Assembly: GCA_028534125.1 (NCBI GenBank)
Contig: CM052816.1
Location: 48,176,001 to 48,240,000, forward strand
DNA: 64,000 nt
Direction: 5' to 3'
DNA from: Lama glama
Lineage: Eukaryota
Part shown: one piece after another, positions 52,928 through 64,000 of the stretch
How positions within the stretch are numbered: the first letter of the stretch is position 1
How the letters are laid out: each line of letters begins with the position of its first letter
Position numbers and translations under genes: made by a program
The notes under the pieces: generated by a model
Database searches by the model: none
What the model was told of the DNA's origin: nothing
The model's input: the letters and a program-made list of their open reading frames with translations, nothing else

Positions 52928-53664
52928 GTCTGTGATTTTAGTTATACGGTTTCCTTAAGTGTTGAAACAAGCAGATGAGGTTGATTATATAACTTTCTTA
53001 CCATAAAAATAAATAGAAAACATCTTAGGTATTGAGTTAAAATTATAATTTATATAGTCAAACTATATAGAGTTTTGACTTACATAATGGAAAAAAATAT
53101 TCTTTACAAGGTATCAGATTGTTTCATTTGCTATCATTAGTGAATTTCTTTTTTTAAAATATAAATGCTAGGTAATAGGAAATATATGTTAATCAGTTTT
53201 GGACACCAAAATGTCAACTCACTGGAATAAACTTAGAAATAGCTTCACAACTAATAAATGGTTCATGTGCAAGTGATACTGAATTTATTGGAAACCAAAA
53301 TATTCTTTTATAAGATAGAATCACTCATTGCTGAAATAATCTCTGAAGACATTAATCTGATAGTAAAATCAAAATCAGTAGTTGAGAAATTTTTGGAAAG
53401 AGCGTTGCAGGTAAAATAACAACTGATATATTTTTGTAGTAAATATACTTCTAAGACTTTCTCCTCTAGTCTCAAATCAAGAAAATTAGAGTTCATAAAT
53501 GAAATTGAATTTATTTAAGATACAAAATTACTTCCATAAAAAGAAAGAAAAATAATTCTTCATGAAAATAAAAAGAAGAAAAATTAAATCTTACAAAGAC
53601 TCAACATAGATATTATAATAAATTTCATAATATTGATTATATACGTGCCAGGAAGCTTAAGAAG

Positions 53665-53770
53665 AGATTTTTCTTCCCTTCTCCTCTCCATCCCTACCTT
53701 CCCCTCCACTCTCTTCCTTCCCTGCCCTCCCTCTCCTCCCTTCTTCTACTCTTCTCTTGTTTTTTTCTTT
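53665..53770. repeat. CT-rich low-complexity tract, followed by probable L2 remnants to about 54130
   Basis: Pyrimidine tract; downstream CCAACAATGACCTCTTACTTATCAAATCCA is L2-like. Confidence 0.6.
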
Positions 53771-55602
53771 TTAATCCATAATGTTTTGGAAAGAGTGCCC
53801 TATAGTTGCTGGCCATTTTTTCTAAACTCTCATTTGCTCTTTAAACCATAATCATATAGTTTTTGACTGTTTCTCTCTAAACTGTATCCTGAAGAAAGCC
53901 AACAATGACCTCTTACTTATCAAATCCATTGTTTTCATATTAGGCAATATCAGGCCTGAGTATTTAATACTCTTACCTTATTTCCAAATGTAGAGAAGTC
54001 TGAGGCAAAGCTGGTGGGAAATTACCAAATGCTCCCCCCCTCCCATCTTTATCTTATTCACATCTACATTCATGGTTATCTGCTTTCCTCCTAACTCAGT
54101 GCAATTATCTCTTTCTGTCCAAGGACATTGTCTCTTACCTCTGAATTCTCTTGATAGACTATAAGATTCTTCTGATCAATCACAATTTTTTATTTATCTT
54201 AATACCCCTACTACAGAATGCATGAACCATGGTGAATATGTGTTGAATTGATTTAATTTTATCTTAATTAATATGAGCATAATTCAATAGTATTGATACA
54301 GTGCTTATATAACTAGTAGAACTCACTTAATTAAAACATGACATGATGTAAGCTGAATATATAAAAAGGTACCAAAAAATTCAAACTTGTTTCAAAGTCC
54401 TGGATATAGTTACTATGACACCATCAATATGCATGACACTGTTTTAAACTTTCTAAAGAGTAGGAAAAGAGATAGAAAGATCTCATATGTGTAAGGATAA
54501 AATTATGAGAATTAAATGTAAACTCTTCTGTATATACTTTATATAAAGCAAATTGGTTGCACATAGTATTCTGTGCTCTTCTAACCCTTAAAGGTCTTAT
54601 TTTGGCAAATAAAGATGGTTCATACTAGAGCGTAACTTACTCCTAATCTGTAAATCATACATATTCTTTCATGAAGATTGTCACTGAATTTACAAAGTAA
54701 ACTGGTCAAATTTCCCCTGAGAGTATGCCATGTTTCTAGGAGAGGGACTGAAAACCCCCAAAGACTCTAAGATTTTCCCTGATCCTAGTTTCAGATCTCT
54801 CAGTAACATTATTTTCACTCATAAACATGTTATTCTATACCCTGAAAAACAACATCAATATTTAAGTAGAAATACATCTAGTTTTCCACAAAATCCCTTA
54901 GTCCAACCAAAACTTGGCAATAATGTTGCTTTACTTATCATTTTTAAGGAATAAGGCCAAACTTCCAGGCTGAGATTTTGGCTGGGTCTACAAACTAAAC
55001 ACTATTTGCTTTGCTGGTGATTTTATCAAATCAAGGAATCCTCAATTTTATTCTTAAATGACATAGGAAAGGAATTTTTTTTGTTTGTGTTGTTTGTTTT
55101 TTCTTCTTCTTTTAAAAAAGGGTAACAGTATTGAGAAACTATAGGTTACTGAATTGCTTTTATGTGCTTTTGTATTCTTTCAGATAATCAGGTTACATAA
55201 TTCTTTCAGATAATCAGACAATTTCTGAATGAGTTTACTATAATCCAGTGAAAAAGATTCACAAAGCACCATAATAATAAAGGCAAAATTTCATACTGCT
55301 TATAATTTACCTGAGTGGTGCACTCAATTACTTCTTTTTCTTTGAACTACTCGAGGTCTCTAGTTGCAAGGTGCCCTTGGACATGATGAGGACCTTGTCA
55401 AAAGTGCATGGCTGGAAAACAAACAAAAAAACACTACTACAATGGCTGCAAGAATAAACTCAGAGATGTTATATTTGTAGGAACTCTTTATATACCAATT
55501 ATTATATTAATTTAATATTTTTGCGTCATTATTCTGCTATTTAATAAAGTAGCTGGTACAAAATAGGTGTTCTAAAACATATTAATTCCATTAGGTTGCT
55601 TT

Positions 55603-55760
55603 CTCTTGGTCAAGATTTCCTAGAAAATAGAATCTTAGGAATTAGCTAAGTGCCAATTATGTATTTGGAAAGTCTGATCCCAACATCATGACACTGAAGG
55701 GCAAAATAAATAAAGCAAGGAAGCAGGGAAATCATCCAGGTGATGGTTGCCATATTGACC
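55603..55760. mobile_element. ERVL LTR33/LTR41-like fragment
   Basis: CTTGGTCAAGATTTCCTAGAAAATAGAATCTT...AAGTGCCAATTATGTATTTGGAAAG. Confidence 0.45.
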
Positions 55761-57179
55761 ATTTGTTCTCTTTGTTTTTAAATGTGTAAAGCAGTAATTT
55801 CCTCTTTATCATGACATTTATGTTTTTAAGAAAAACAATGAAATGTTAAATCTGATGATATGATGTCAGTATTTTTCATTGGCTGGATGCTTTTATTACT
55901 CTTAATTAGAGAAGGCATTACTAAATGACCATCAAATGGCAGAAACAAAGGATGGCTGAGGAAAAGGGTTGTAAGATTTGTACTCAGCACTTCTGAGTTT
56001 TGACCAGTTGTGCCAATTACTATTTTGATCCTTAGAAAAACAATTCTGCAATGTGTATCTCACATGATTATTATGAGGACTGAATGAGCATTGCTCTGAA
56101 AATAAATAGATATCATTCAAATATAACAATTGGTGATGTTTTATTAAGAAGAAAAAATAATATATACATTACTTCATTTAACTTCTTCAAGAATCTTGCA
56201 AGACAATTACCTACCTAAAAATAGTCTCTTTGAAATAAACTGCACTTAAATATTTCCTGAAGATTCTATCACAGGAAGTAAAATTTTGAGAACTATTTAC
56301 TCCAATTTCCAAAACTTTAGTAGCACATATTAGATTCACATATTTACTACTGCTCTATTTCTCACCGATATAAAGTGCTTTGTAAAACTAAATTAATAAT
56401 TTTCAAATCTTCCCTTATTTTTCACCATTTTATTTAGACTCATTTGTTTCATTAGCTCAAAACCTAATATGGTTTTGGTAGACAAATCTATATTTAAGCC
56501 CAGCTAAATGGATATTTCTAAGAAGCAGGCACTAGAATCTTTGAAATAACTATTATTTTGCTATTTCTTAATAAATATCCTTGAAGTGATTGTTCATCAG
56601 TTGACAAGGTTATAGCCCTTTTAATCCTACAGTTCATAATTACTTTATTCCTTCTGGCCTGACATTCAAGGCAGCAAAGGGTAGTTTGTCTGGGAAATAC
56701 TGATTGATGATAATAGCAGTAAACAGAAAAGTTATATTACTGTTTCAAGTTTTATTCTCTTCAGCATCAAGCTTACCTTACAGGATATATATACATGTAT
56801 GTAAGGATGTATATGTATGACATCAGGTGTAAGGAAGTGTGCATGAGTGTGTGTGTGTGCGTGCACACGTGCATGTATGTGTTCTGTTCTCTTTTATGGA
56901 ATAGTTAAAGAAATGGTAGTGTCATTTATCTTTCAAACATTAAAATGCGTTGTCAAAAGTTTTCAAGTCAGTTTTACTTGTTTTCGTGACACAGTACTCA
57001 ACAAAGAAAAAAATATTTTCAACCAGATAGAAAAGAAATATTCCATTATTTATGGTTCATTTATGCTGAGCTTAGCAACATGATCTTAAAGATAACTTCA
57101 AAGAAGTTAATACTGTGCTCTATTCATGAGAACTTTCAAAATGGAAAAGAAATCACTGTGATATTTAAAGATGACTGTA

Positions 57180-57395
57180 TATGGAATCAGAGAGATGGCA
57201 GCATGAGGACTCTACCCAATGATGCTGACTTAAGATTAAGAAATTGAGCCACAAGTTAAGAATACTGACAATCCTTGGAAGATGGAAAAGGCAACAAAAA
57301 CTCTCCCCTAGAGTCTCTAGAAGGAACTCAGCTTCATAGATACTTAGATTTTAAAACTGTAAAACCCATTTTGGACATCTGACTTTTAGAATTGG
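57180..57395 (+). mobile_element. MLT1D-like LTR fragment
   Basis: GAAGATGGAAAAGGCAA...CTCTCCCCTAGAGTCTCTAGAAGGAACTCAGC...CCCATTTTGGACATCTGAC. Confidence 0.8.
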
Positions 57396-57479
57396 ACTCT
57401 CTGTCAGGGTTGTGTCTGGACAGTGAAAGATGGAAAAAAAAAATTTCTTCAATGACCTGAATCTGTGCTGACAGGCTTA

Positions 57480-57950
57480 GGAGCCCAAGGTCTGAAAAAG
57501 AGGTTTGCTGGCCTTCCTGGCCTCCTTGCAGCTGATCATGCTCTACCTATGTGAGAAAACAGGAAAGCACTTGAAGACATATCCCTCAAATCCTGGCTGT
57601 TGCTGCTAACATTCTTCACTGTTGAACTGCGAGGGTAAGATGTGGGGCTGAAGCAGCCACCTTACTCGCCATAAGGAAAAGGCCAGAAACTCAGAGTGGC
57701 TGACCCAGTGCCCTGGACAGATCAGCTCTCGAACCACCCACATCTAGATTTATAATTATGTGTGATAAATAAATGCTTCTGTTATTTTAATAAATTCAAT
57801 TCAAAAATATTTATTAAGCATCTATAATATGTTTGGCACTATTCTAGGCACTTTAAAGACATCAATGAGAAAAGACTCTTGCCCTCATGGAGCTACATGC
57901 TAGCCATGCTTAGCCAGATAAGTTACCTGTAGTTTAGAGCATTTCCCTAG
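57480..57950 (+). mobile_element. MLT1I/J-like LTR interrupted by an L2 3' end
   Basis: CCTGGCCTCCTTGCAGCT...GCTGAAGCAGCCACCTT...TATGTGTGATAAATAAATG...TTTAA|GCCA...GTTACCTGTAG. Confidence 0.65.
57791..57902 (-). mobile_element. L2a-like 3' end
   Basis: TTCAAAAATATTTATTAAGCATCTATAATATGTTTGGCACTATTCTAGGCACT...CTTGCCCTCATGGAGCTACATGCTAG. Confidence 0.8.
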
Positions 57951-57987
57951 TGTTGGTGTTGTAAACTAATCTTTTGTAGGTTGGGTG

Positions 57988-58135
57988 CAGTGGTGTACTG
58001 GAGCTGGCTGCTATTAACTTGCAAGAGCTGATTGCTAAATTCAGAAAACTTGAGAACCAGTTGTCAAAAACAGCCATTATTAAAAATTAAATTGTATACA
58101 TTTATAATTAAGTCAGCTGAATTAAAAGCTAAAAA
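57988..58135 (+). mobile_element. hAT-Blackjack MER63 left end
   Basis: CAGTGGTGTACTGGAGCTGGCT...AGAGCTGATTGCTAAATT...ACAGCCATTATTAAAAATTAAATT; CpG-decayed match to MER63. Confidence 0.85.
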
Positions 58136-59357
58136 AGGATAACTATATAAATGACTGAAACCATAATAATGAATTATTAAAGTATTCTTCTAAGGGCTCG
58201 TTTCTTCCCGAACACACCCTCTCAAGGTCTGTTTGGTAGGAGTCACAAGATCAACATTCCCTTTTAAGAGGGGTTTGGAATGTGGCACAGCATGGAGATA
58301 AAAGAGGTTGAAAAGGGCCAATCCCTCCGGGCTAGGGGTGACTACTGTGGGATGAAGCTGCAAGCCAAGGCTGAGTCAAACATCAGAAGCATAAGAAGCA
58401 GTAGCTTTCAAGGCCAAAGGGGGGAAAAAAAATCCTGGAATTATAATAAGGTGCTCAGGATAAGGCCTGTTTGTTCTCCATATAATCAATGTTTGAATTT
58501 AAATAAAGCCTTAGACTATTAGCTCAATGCAAAACATAGCAGCAGTCAATTTTGTAAAAGTCTGTAAGAATGAGTCAGGAAAGATAGAGCTAGTCTTAAT
58601 TGACAGGCTACCATTCTGGACTTTACCAGACACTCAGTATACAGAGAAACTTTGGGCACCTAAAACACATAGTTAGAAATTAAACGCGTAGAAAACTGAC
58701 CTCAATTATTCCTTAAGACACAAGTACGTGACCTTTGTATCTTAGATGGATAGTGTTTGTATGAGGATGCTAGTTCGTGTCCAGTTACCAAAGGAGATCA
58801 ATTACCATCTACATGCATCTACTCTGAAGTAGACGGAAAACTATTTTTAATGACTGCTGACTGGCAGGATAAGGTAACTGTCCATTGAAACCAGGAAAAT
58901 CATCAGCTAGCCTTTTGAGTCACTGCATAATAATTTCTTATAACTAGGATGAGGGATGGCTTGGAAAAAATTGACAACCTGCCTCCTATGGCGCATAAAG
59001 ACTTTCCAATTGACTTTAAGATTTTCATGCAACACTTCAGTATTTCTCAGAATATTTGGACAGAGAAAAGAACAAAACAGGCTAGAGATTTCTTTCTTTG
59101 ACATCCAGAGACTTCACCATGAGTTAACAGTACATCTTACCAGTAAACTTTGGAAATAAAAAGTGGCATTCCCATACTTTTTAAAGTATGTATTATAAAA
59201 ATGACTTTATAGAATATTCTAAAGATGTTTATGGTATAATTGGAGAGATAGTATAACAAAGGAAAAATATAATCAATATTCTACAAATATAAGTAGTTCA
59301 AACTTCCATATTACACACAGTAAAGTGAGAATCAATACCATTTCAGTATCATTTTGA

Positions 59358-59532
59358 CTAATGGGTTCCAAACTTGGATATTTAATAGAATCAATTCGGG
59401 ATGTTTTTAAAATTCAGAGATTCCAGAGAGTTATATCTCACAGAGATAATGATTCATTAGATTTATTCTGGGATCCATAAATCTATATTTATGTTAAAGT
59501 TTTCTGACAACCCAAATTTTGGAATCATAGCT
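59358..59532. mobile_element. hAT-Charlie MER5-like MITE
   Basis: TGGGTTCCAAACTTGG...AGAATCA...CAGAGATAATGATTCATT...ATCTATATTT...CCAAATTTTGGAATCA. Confidence 0.6.
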
Positions 59533-60139
59533 ATAGCCCATTGAGATGGCTATTTTAGCTTAAGTGTAATTAGCCTTATAAATTTTCAATAAAAACATCA
59601 TTGAAAACTACCAGAGTTTGTTGGTGACTAGGTGCAGTCTTAATAAATATGTGTGACTTTATTCAGTAGAGAATATGTTTTTAGTTTTGACCTGAAGCAA
59701 GAAGTGAGAGATGCTTTCTGAAAGAACACTCCAAAAGAAGTCTCCTCAGAACACTTCTTACACACACAAGTTCACCCAAATACACAGTCACATAGCACTA
59801 CTACACCTCCTCAACATGGCAGAAAGAATGGAAGACAGATGCAGTGTAGCTAGGAGAGACATTGAGATGAGGGAGAGAGGAAAGAGAAGTGAGGGAGAAG
59901 AAGGGAGGAAAGGTAGAGAGGAGAGACAGGGGAAGGCATCATTCCCAGAATTACAAGTCACCTACTTCACCTGAATTTTGAAAGTTAAGCAAGCCTCCAG
60001 TCACATTAATTGAGAAATGCTGTGCTTAAAGTGAAGGTTAAACAATCCAGTAAAAGTGATGGGGAGTAGTGTGCCAGTTGAAAGAGAGCCAAATCAGGGT
60101 AGACCAGATGGTTACTTAACAGCATTGGAAGAAAAGTCC

Positions 60140-60310
60140 AAATTAGATCAGAACTCAGATTTTTCCCTTAAGCATACTGATTAGAGCTGATTTCTTTATC
60201 AAGTTAAGTAATAGTTCTCTCCTTGAATATTTAGAAATGATAATGCTTAACTGTTTTACTTACTGTGAAAACTGCATGAAATATCACAAAAGGAGCCATT
60301 GGAAAACATC
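60140..60310 (+). mobile_element. MIR fragment
   Basis: AAATTAGATCAGAACTCAG...CAAGTTAAGTAA...AAATGATAATGCTTA...TACTGTGAAAACT. Confidence 0.45.
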
Positions 60311-60422
60311 AATAAAAAAACTAGCATAGCATATTTATCATAGAATAAAAAAAGTAAGATTCATAAGCAATATAGTTTCCAGAGTACGAAAGCGATTTAT
60401 AAATTTCAAATTACTGTTTTTA

Positions 60423-60567
60423 TTTTTTAAATTTTTTTCATTGAAGTATAGTCAGTTTACAATGTTGTATCAATTTCTGGTGTACAGCATAATGTTTCAG
60501 TCATACATATACATACATACATATTTTTGTTTTCATATTCTTTTTCATTATAGGTTATTACAAGATA
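60423..60567 (-). mobile_element. Camelid-type L1 3' end (about 145 bp) with TSD
   Basis: ATTGAAGTATAGTCAGTTTACAATGTTG...GGTTATTACAAGATAT; TSD TCAAATTACTGTTTTTA (60406-60422) / TCAAATTATTACTTTTA (60568-60584). Confidence 0.92.
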
Positions 60568-61251
60568 TCAAATTATTACTTTTAGATACTGCATCCTCAA
60601 AGAGTAAGTCATATGTTTTCAAAGGATTGTTAATAAATTCCCACATTTCTGACTAATTTTCTTGTTGAAATTAAAATCAGGTGATTGACATCTTTAGCCA
60701 TTATTCAGATCAAGTAATTTATTAAACCTGACATATTTTCCATATTTTTAGAAAAAAAAATCTCCAGTTGGTTCAGAAAGAATACAAATGTAGTAAGGCA
60801 ATGAGAATCTGGACTACATTTTGATACTAAATTGGCATGTATTTTCTCTCTTTTGAGGCATTCAATGGAGAGAATTTCTTATCAAGAATAAGTATATTTC
60901 TTTCTAACTTAGCAATAGTTGCACTGATAGCGTGGAATAGAAAAAGAAGATAAAATGATAACCAGAATACAAGATCTTCACCATGTTACTGGAAACAAGA
61001 TTGTTGAAGAATGCTAAATCATTTTTAAAACAGCATGGTAGACTTCAGTACCAAGCACTGTTACCAAAGTCTTATGCATTTAAACGTGCTATCTGTGTCA
61101 AAAGAGGAAAAGTTGCCTGAAGTTTTTATTTAAAGAATCCAGGTTTTTTTTCAGATTAAATTTTTCAAAGTAAAACAGAAAAAAAGCAGTTTCCTTTTCC
61201 CACAGCCAGTCCCTATCTTCTAAAGCCCCCTTTTCAAAGCGAGTCAGAACT

Positions 61252-61672
61252 CATAAAAAAGAATGAAATTTTTCCATTTGAAATTTTTCCATAGACCTGG
61301 TGGATATTGTGCCTAGTGAAATAATTCAGACAGAGAAGGACAAATACTGTATGTTTTTCACTTATCTGTGGAATCTATACTGAAATAAATGAATATAACA
61401 AAACAGAAACAGACTCATAGATTCAGAGAAAAAACTAGTGGTCAGAGCAGTGGTGAGAGGAGTAGGGGTAGGAACATGATAGAGGAAGGGGATTAAGAGG
61501 TACAAACTACCAGGTATAAAATAAATAATAAGACACAGGGATGTAATGTACAGCATAGGGAATATAGCTAATATTTTATAACAACATTAAATGGAGTATA
61601 ATGTATAAAAACATTGAATCACTGTATTGTACACCTGAAACTAATACAACATTGTAAATCAACTACACTTTA
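61252..61672 (+). mobile_element. L1 3' end (artiodactyl type) without poly(A) tail
   Basis: CATAAAAAAGAATGAAAT...AGTGAAATAATTCAGACAGAGAAGGACAAATACTGTATG...GTACACCTGAAACTAATACAACATTGTAAATCAACTACACTT; perfect TSD GAGTCAGAACT. Confidence 0.92.
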
Positions 61673-61689
61673 GAGTCAGAACTAATTGT

Positions 61690-62150
61690 TCTTATGTATC
61701 TTTCCAAAATTTTGATATCATAAGAAAATATGTATTTTTCACCTAAATAGAGTCATTTTATAAAACTTGTTTTTTTTTACTGAATAGTTTATGTCAAACA
61801 TTTTCTATATAACAATGTGTACTTTTACCTTGATTTTTTAAAACTATATGGTATGTAATTGTATGAATAACTATAATTAATTTAACCAGGGTCTTATAGA
61901 TTTTAGGTTGTTTTTATTGTTTTTACTGCCATAATGGAATACAGCAAAATATTCTCATGCCTACATTTTCACATATGGGTAATTTTTTTTAACATTTTGA
62001 TGAATTCCTAGGTATGGAATTGCTGTTTTATAAAGTATGTACATTTTAAATTTTGATGGAAATTGCAAGTCATCCTCCAAAGAAGTAGGACAAATTTCTA
62101 AACACAATGGTTGTATGAAAATACCAACTTTCCCCTATGATGGCCAGATA
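61690..62150 (-). mobile_element. Decayed L1ME 3' fragment
   Basis: ATTCCTAGGTATGGAATTGCTG...ACATTTTAAATTTTGAT...TTGCAAGTCATCCTCCAAA. Confidence 0.65.
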
Positions 62151-62729
62151 AATTTCATCCTCTGGAATCATGGAGTGACTTGAGTTTATGCTTCAAGGAT
62201 TCCTAGCCACAAGGTAAGACGGCATTGGAGGAAGAAATGGCTCACAAAAGCATTAGAATGAATACTAATCATAATGAAATGAAACAAATTTTAAAACCAC
62301 TAGAAAACTGCTGATAAAAAAAGGGTGGAAAATGGGAATTGTTTGTATAGTAATCATCATTAAATATTTCAGACATGCAAAATGTCACTGATTTTGTCTT
62401 TATATTAATCCCTATATGATACATCTGTTCTCTTTTAAAAATATAAACTATTTAAGTGAATTTACACAACTACATATAAAATTTGTCACCCAACTCTCTT
62501 TGCCTCCCAAATCTTTAAATATGTGTGAGCACTGCTTCTATTTTTTTTTTTTTTTTGGAGGTGGGAGAAAAAAACAGAAAAAAAATGAGGGCATATTTTG
62601 TTGTGACAAAACTTTTGAAAATTTCCTCAGTTTGCATTATTAGCTTTGTGTTTTCTCAATAAAAATAAAGAGATGCATAATTGGCATTAAATGATTCCCC
62701 TGGCAACTCCCGTAAAGTCCAGAGGGTTG

Positions 62730-62750
62730 AGTGTGTGTGCCTCTGTGTGC

Positions 62751-62812
<62 letters not shown>

Positions 62813-62837
62813 CAGAGACAGAGACAGAGACAGAGAG
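62730..62837. repeat. Compound microsatellite (TG)n(AG)n(AGAGAC)n
   Basis: Directly visible; generates the overlapping ORFs at 62640-62916. Confidence 0.97.
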
Positions 62838-64000
62838 GCATTTAAGGAAACAGAGTATTTCCAAAACGTTGCATAAGATATGGCTGGGAAATCTTATGAG
62901 TCAGAGTTCTCCATAATTATTGGTATAAAATATGGCTGCAGTAATATATTGTAAAATATGATAATGATGACAATTTTAGCTGTATAAAATTGAAATCTAA
63001 TGGTTTATAAAAATATATTTCATAATATAAAATTTGCCTTATTTTTGATAAATTAATCCTCATCTTTTGTATTATTTTAAAAAAGTGAAACATCCTTCTA
63101 AATGTTATTGAATAAAAAATTGTTTAAATTTAATGACATACCCATATTCCTAAAACTATCCTTTAAAGCAGTACATTTTGTAGAATTTCCTCAAAAAAGA
63201 TACTAAAAGTGATTCAAAGTCATTGAAATCTAAATAACACTATTTTTATAAATCAGTCTCTAAATATTTTCTAAGCTGAGAAAGGCTTATCATTTTATTA
63301 ATGACCTAATACCTGAAAATTATGTACAGAATTATTCCAAAATTTCCCTTTTCTAGTCCATCTAGCCTGATGGACTGTTAAGATCATTCTTCTGCAATTG
63401 ATGTTATATCCAGTACTTGAAGAAGTCATTGAAATGTTAGTTTCCAGTTATATATTACTATGGTAGTGCTTTCATTTTATCTACACTTTTATTGGATATA
63501 TTAAATGTCTGCTGTAGTTCTAGTTCAGTAACTGAAAAATGATCAAGTTTCTTATAATACCTTTTATGGTTTTCAAAATCCTACTAATGATAATTCTTGC
63601 TTGTTCTTTGATATAGCTGAAACAGCTAAGTGGAATACCTAACCAGGAGAAATGCTTATAATGAATTCCTTTAAAAAGCCTCATTTTTCTTTCACTGATG
63701 TCAGGTAATAGACATAAAATGTACAATTAAAGTCAAAGTTTTAGATTTTGAGAACTCAGATTCATCATATTGAAAAGACCGTTAACAATCCACATAATTA
63801 CACAATATAAATACCCAGGAAAGATAAAGCATATACCTTTAAGACATGACCCCATAAAAGTTGATAACTGTATATAGTTAAGGTCACTACACTGAGAAAA
63901 GAAGCCATCAGAATGCAGTACATGTTCTCTTAAAAATATCAGAAGTAATAATTTGGTGGATAATCCTCAAAATGCCATTGTTTTATGATGTGTGTAAGTG

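Noticed and set aside
58746..58873. Exon-like segment (TTTGTATCTTAG ... AAG|GTAACT)
   Set aside because: Stops in all three frames; could only be non-coding, and there is no supporting evidence.
62640..62916. Four overlapping ORFs
   Set aside because: Artefacts of the compound microsatellite.
1..64000. CRISPR arrays, operons or other prokaryotic-type systems
   Set aside because: The sequence is mammalian non-coding DNA; I saw no regularly spaced repeats or long ORFs.

Overview
AT-rich, CpG-poor mammalian genomic DNA that looks like a gene desert or the interior of a very large intron. A tRNA-derived SINE resembling camelid Vic-1 (52822-52927) and four L1 3' ends of a camelid-like type suggest a camel, alpaca or llama. 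Roughly a quarter of the window is decayed LINE-1 (estimate by eye). The rest includes MaLR/ERV solo LTRs, MIR, L2, a Tigger2-type MITE, MER63, MER5 and microsatellites. I cannot support any cellular protein-coding gene, RNA gene or processed pseudogene. The ORF track consists of L1 remnants, microsatellite read-through and chance ORFs. I found no convincing new biological system. The most worthwhile observations are two L1 twin-priming inversions, a tailless L1 with a perfect TSD, templated-insertion scars, a MER41-like LTR with STAT/ETS motifs, a young CpG-rich solo LTR, two candidate enhancer motif clusters and some weak splice-site-bounded exon candidates. Repeat subfamily names come from recalled consensus sequences and need RepeatMasker/Dfam confirmation. 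Boundaries of old repeats are approximate.
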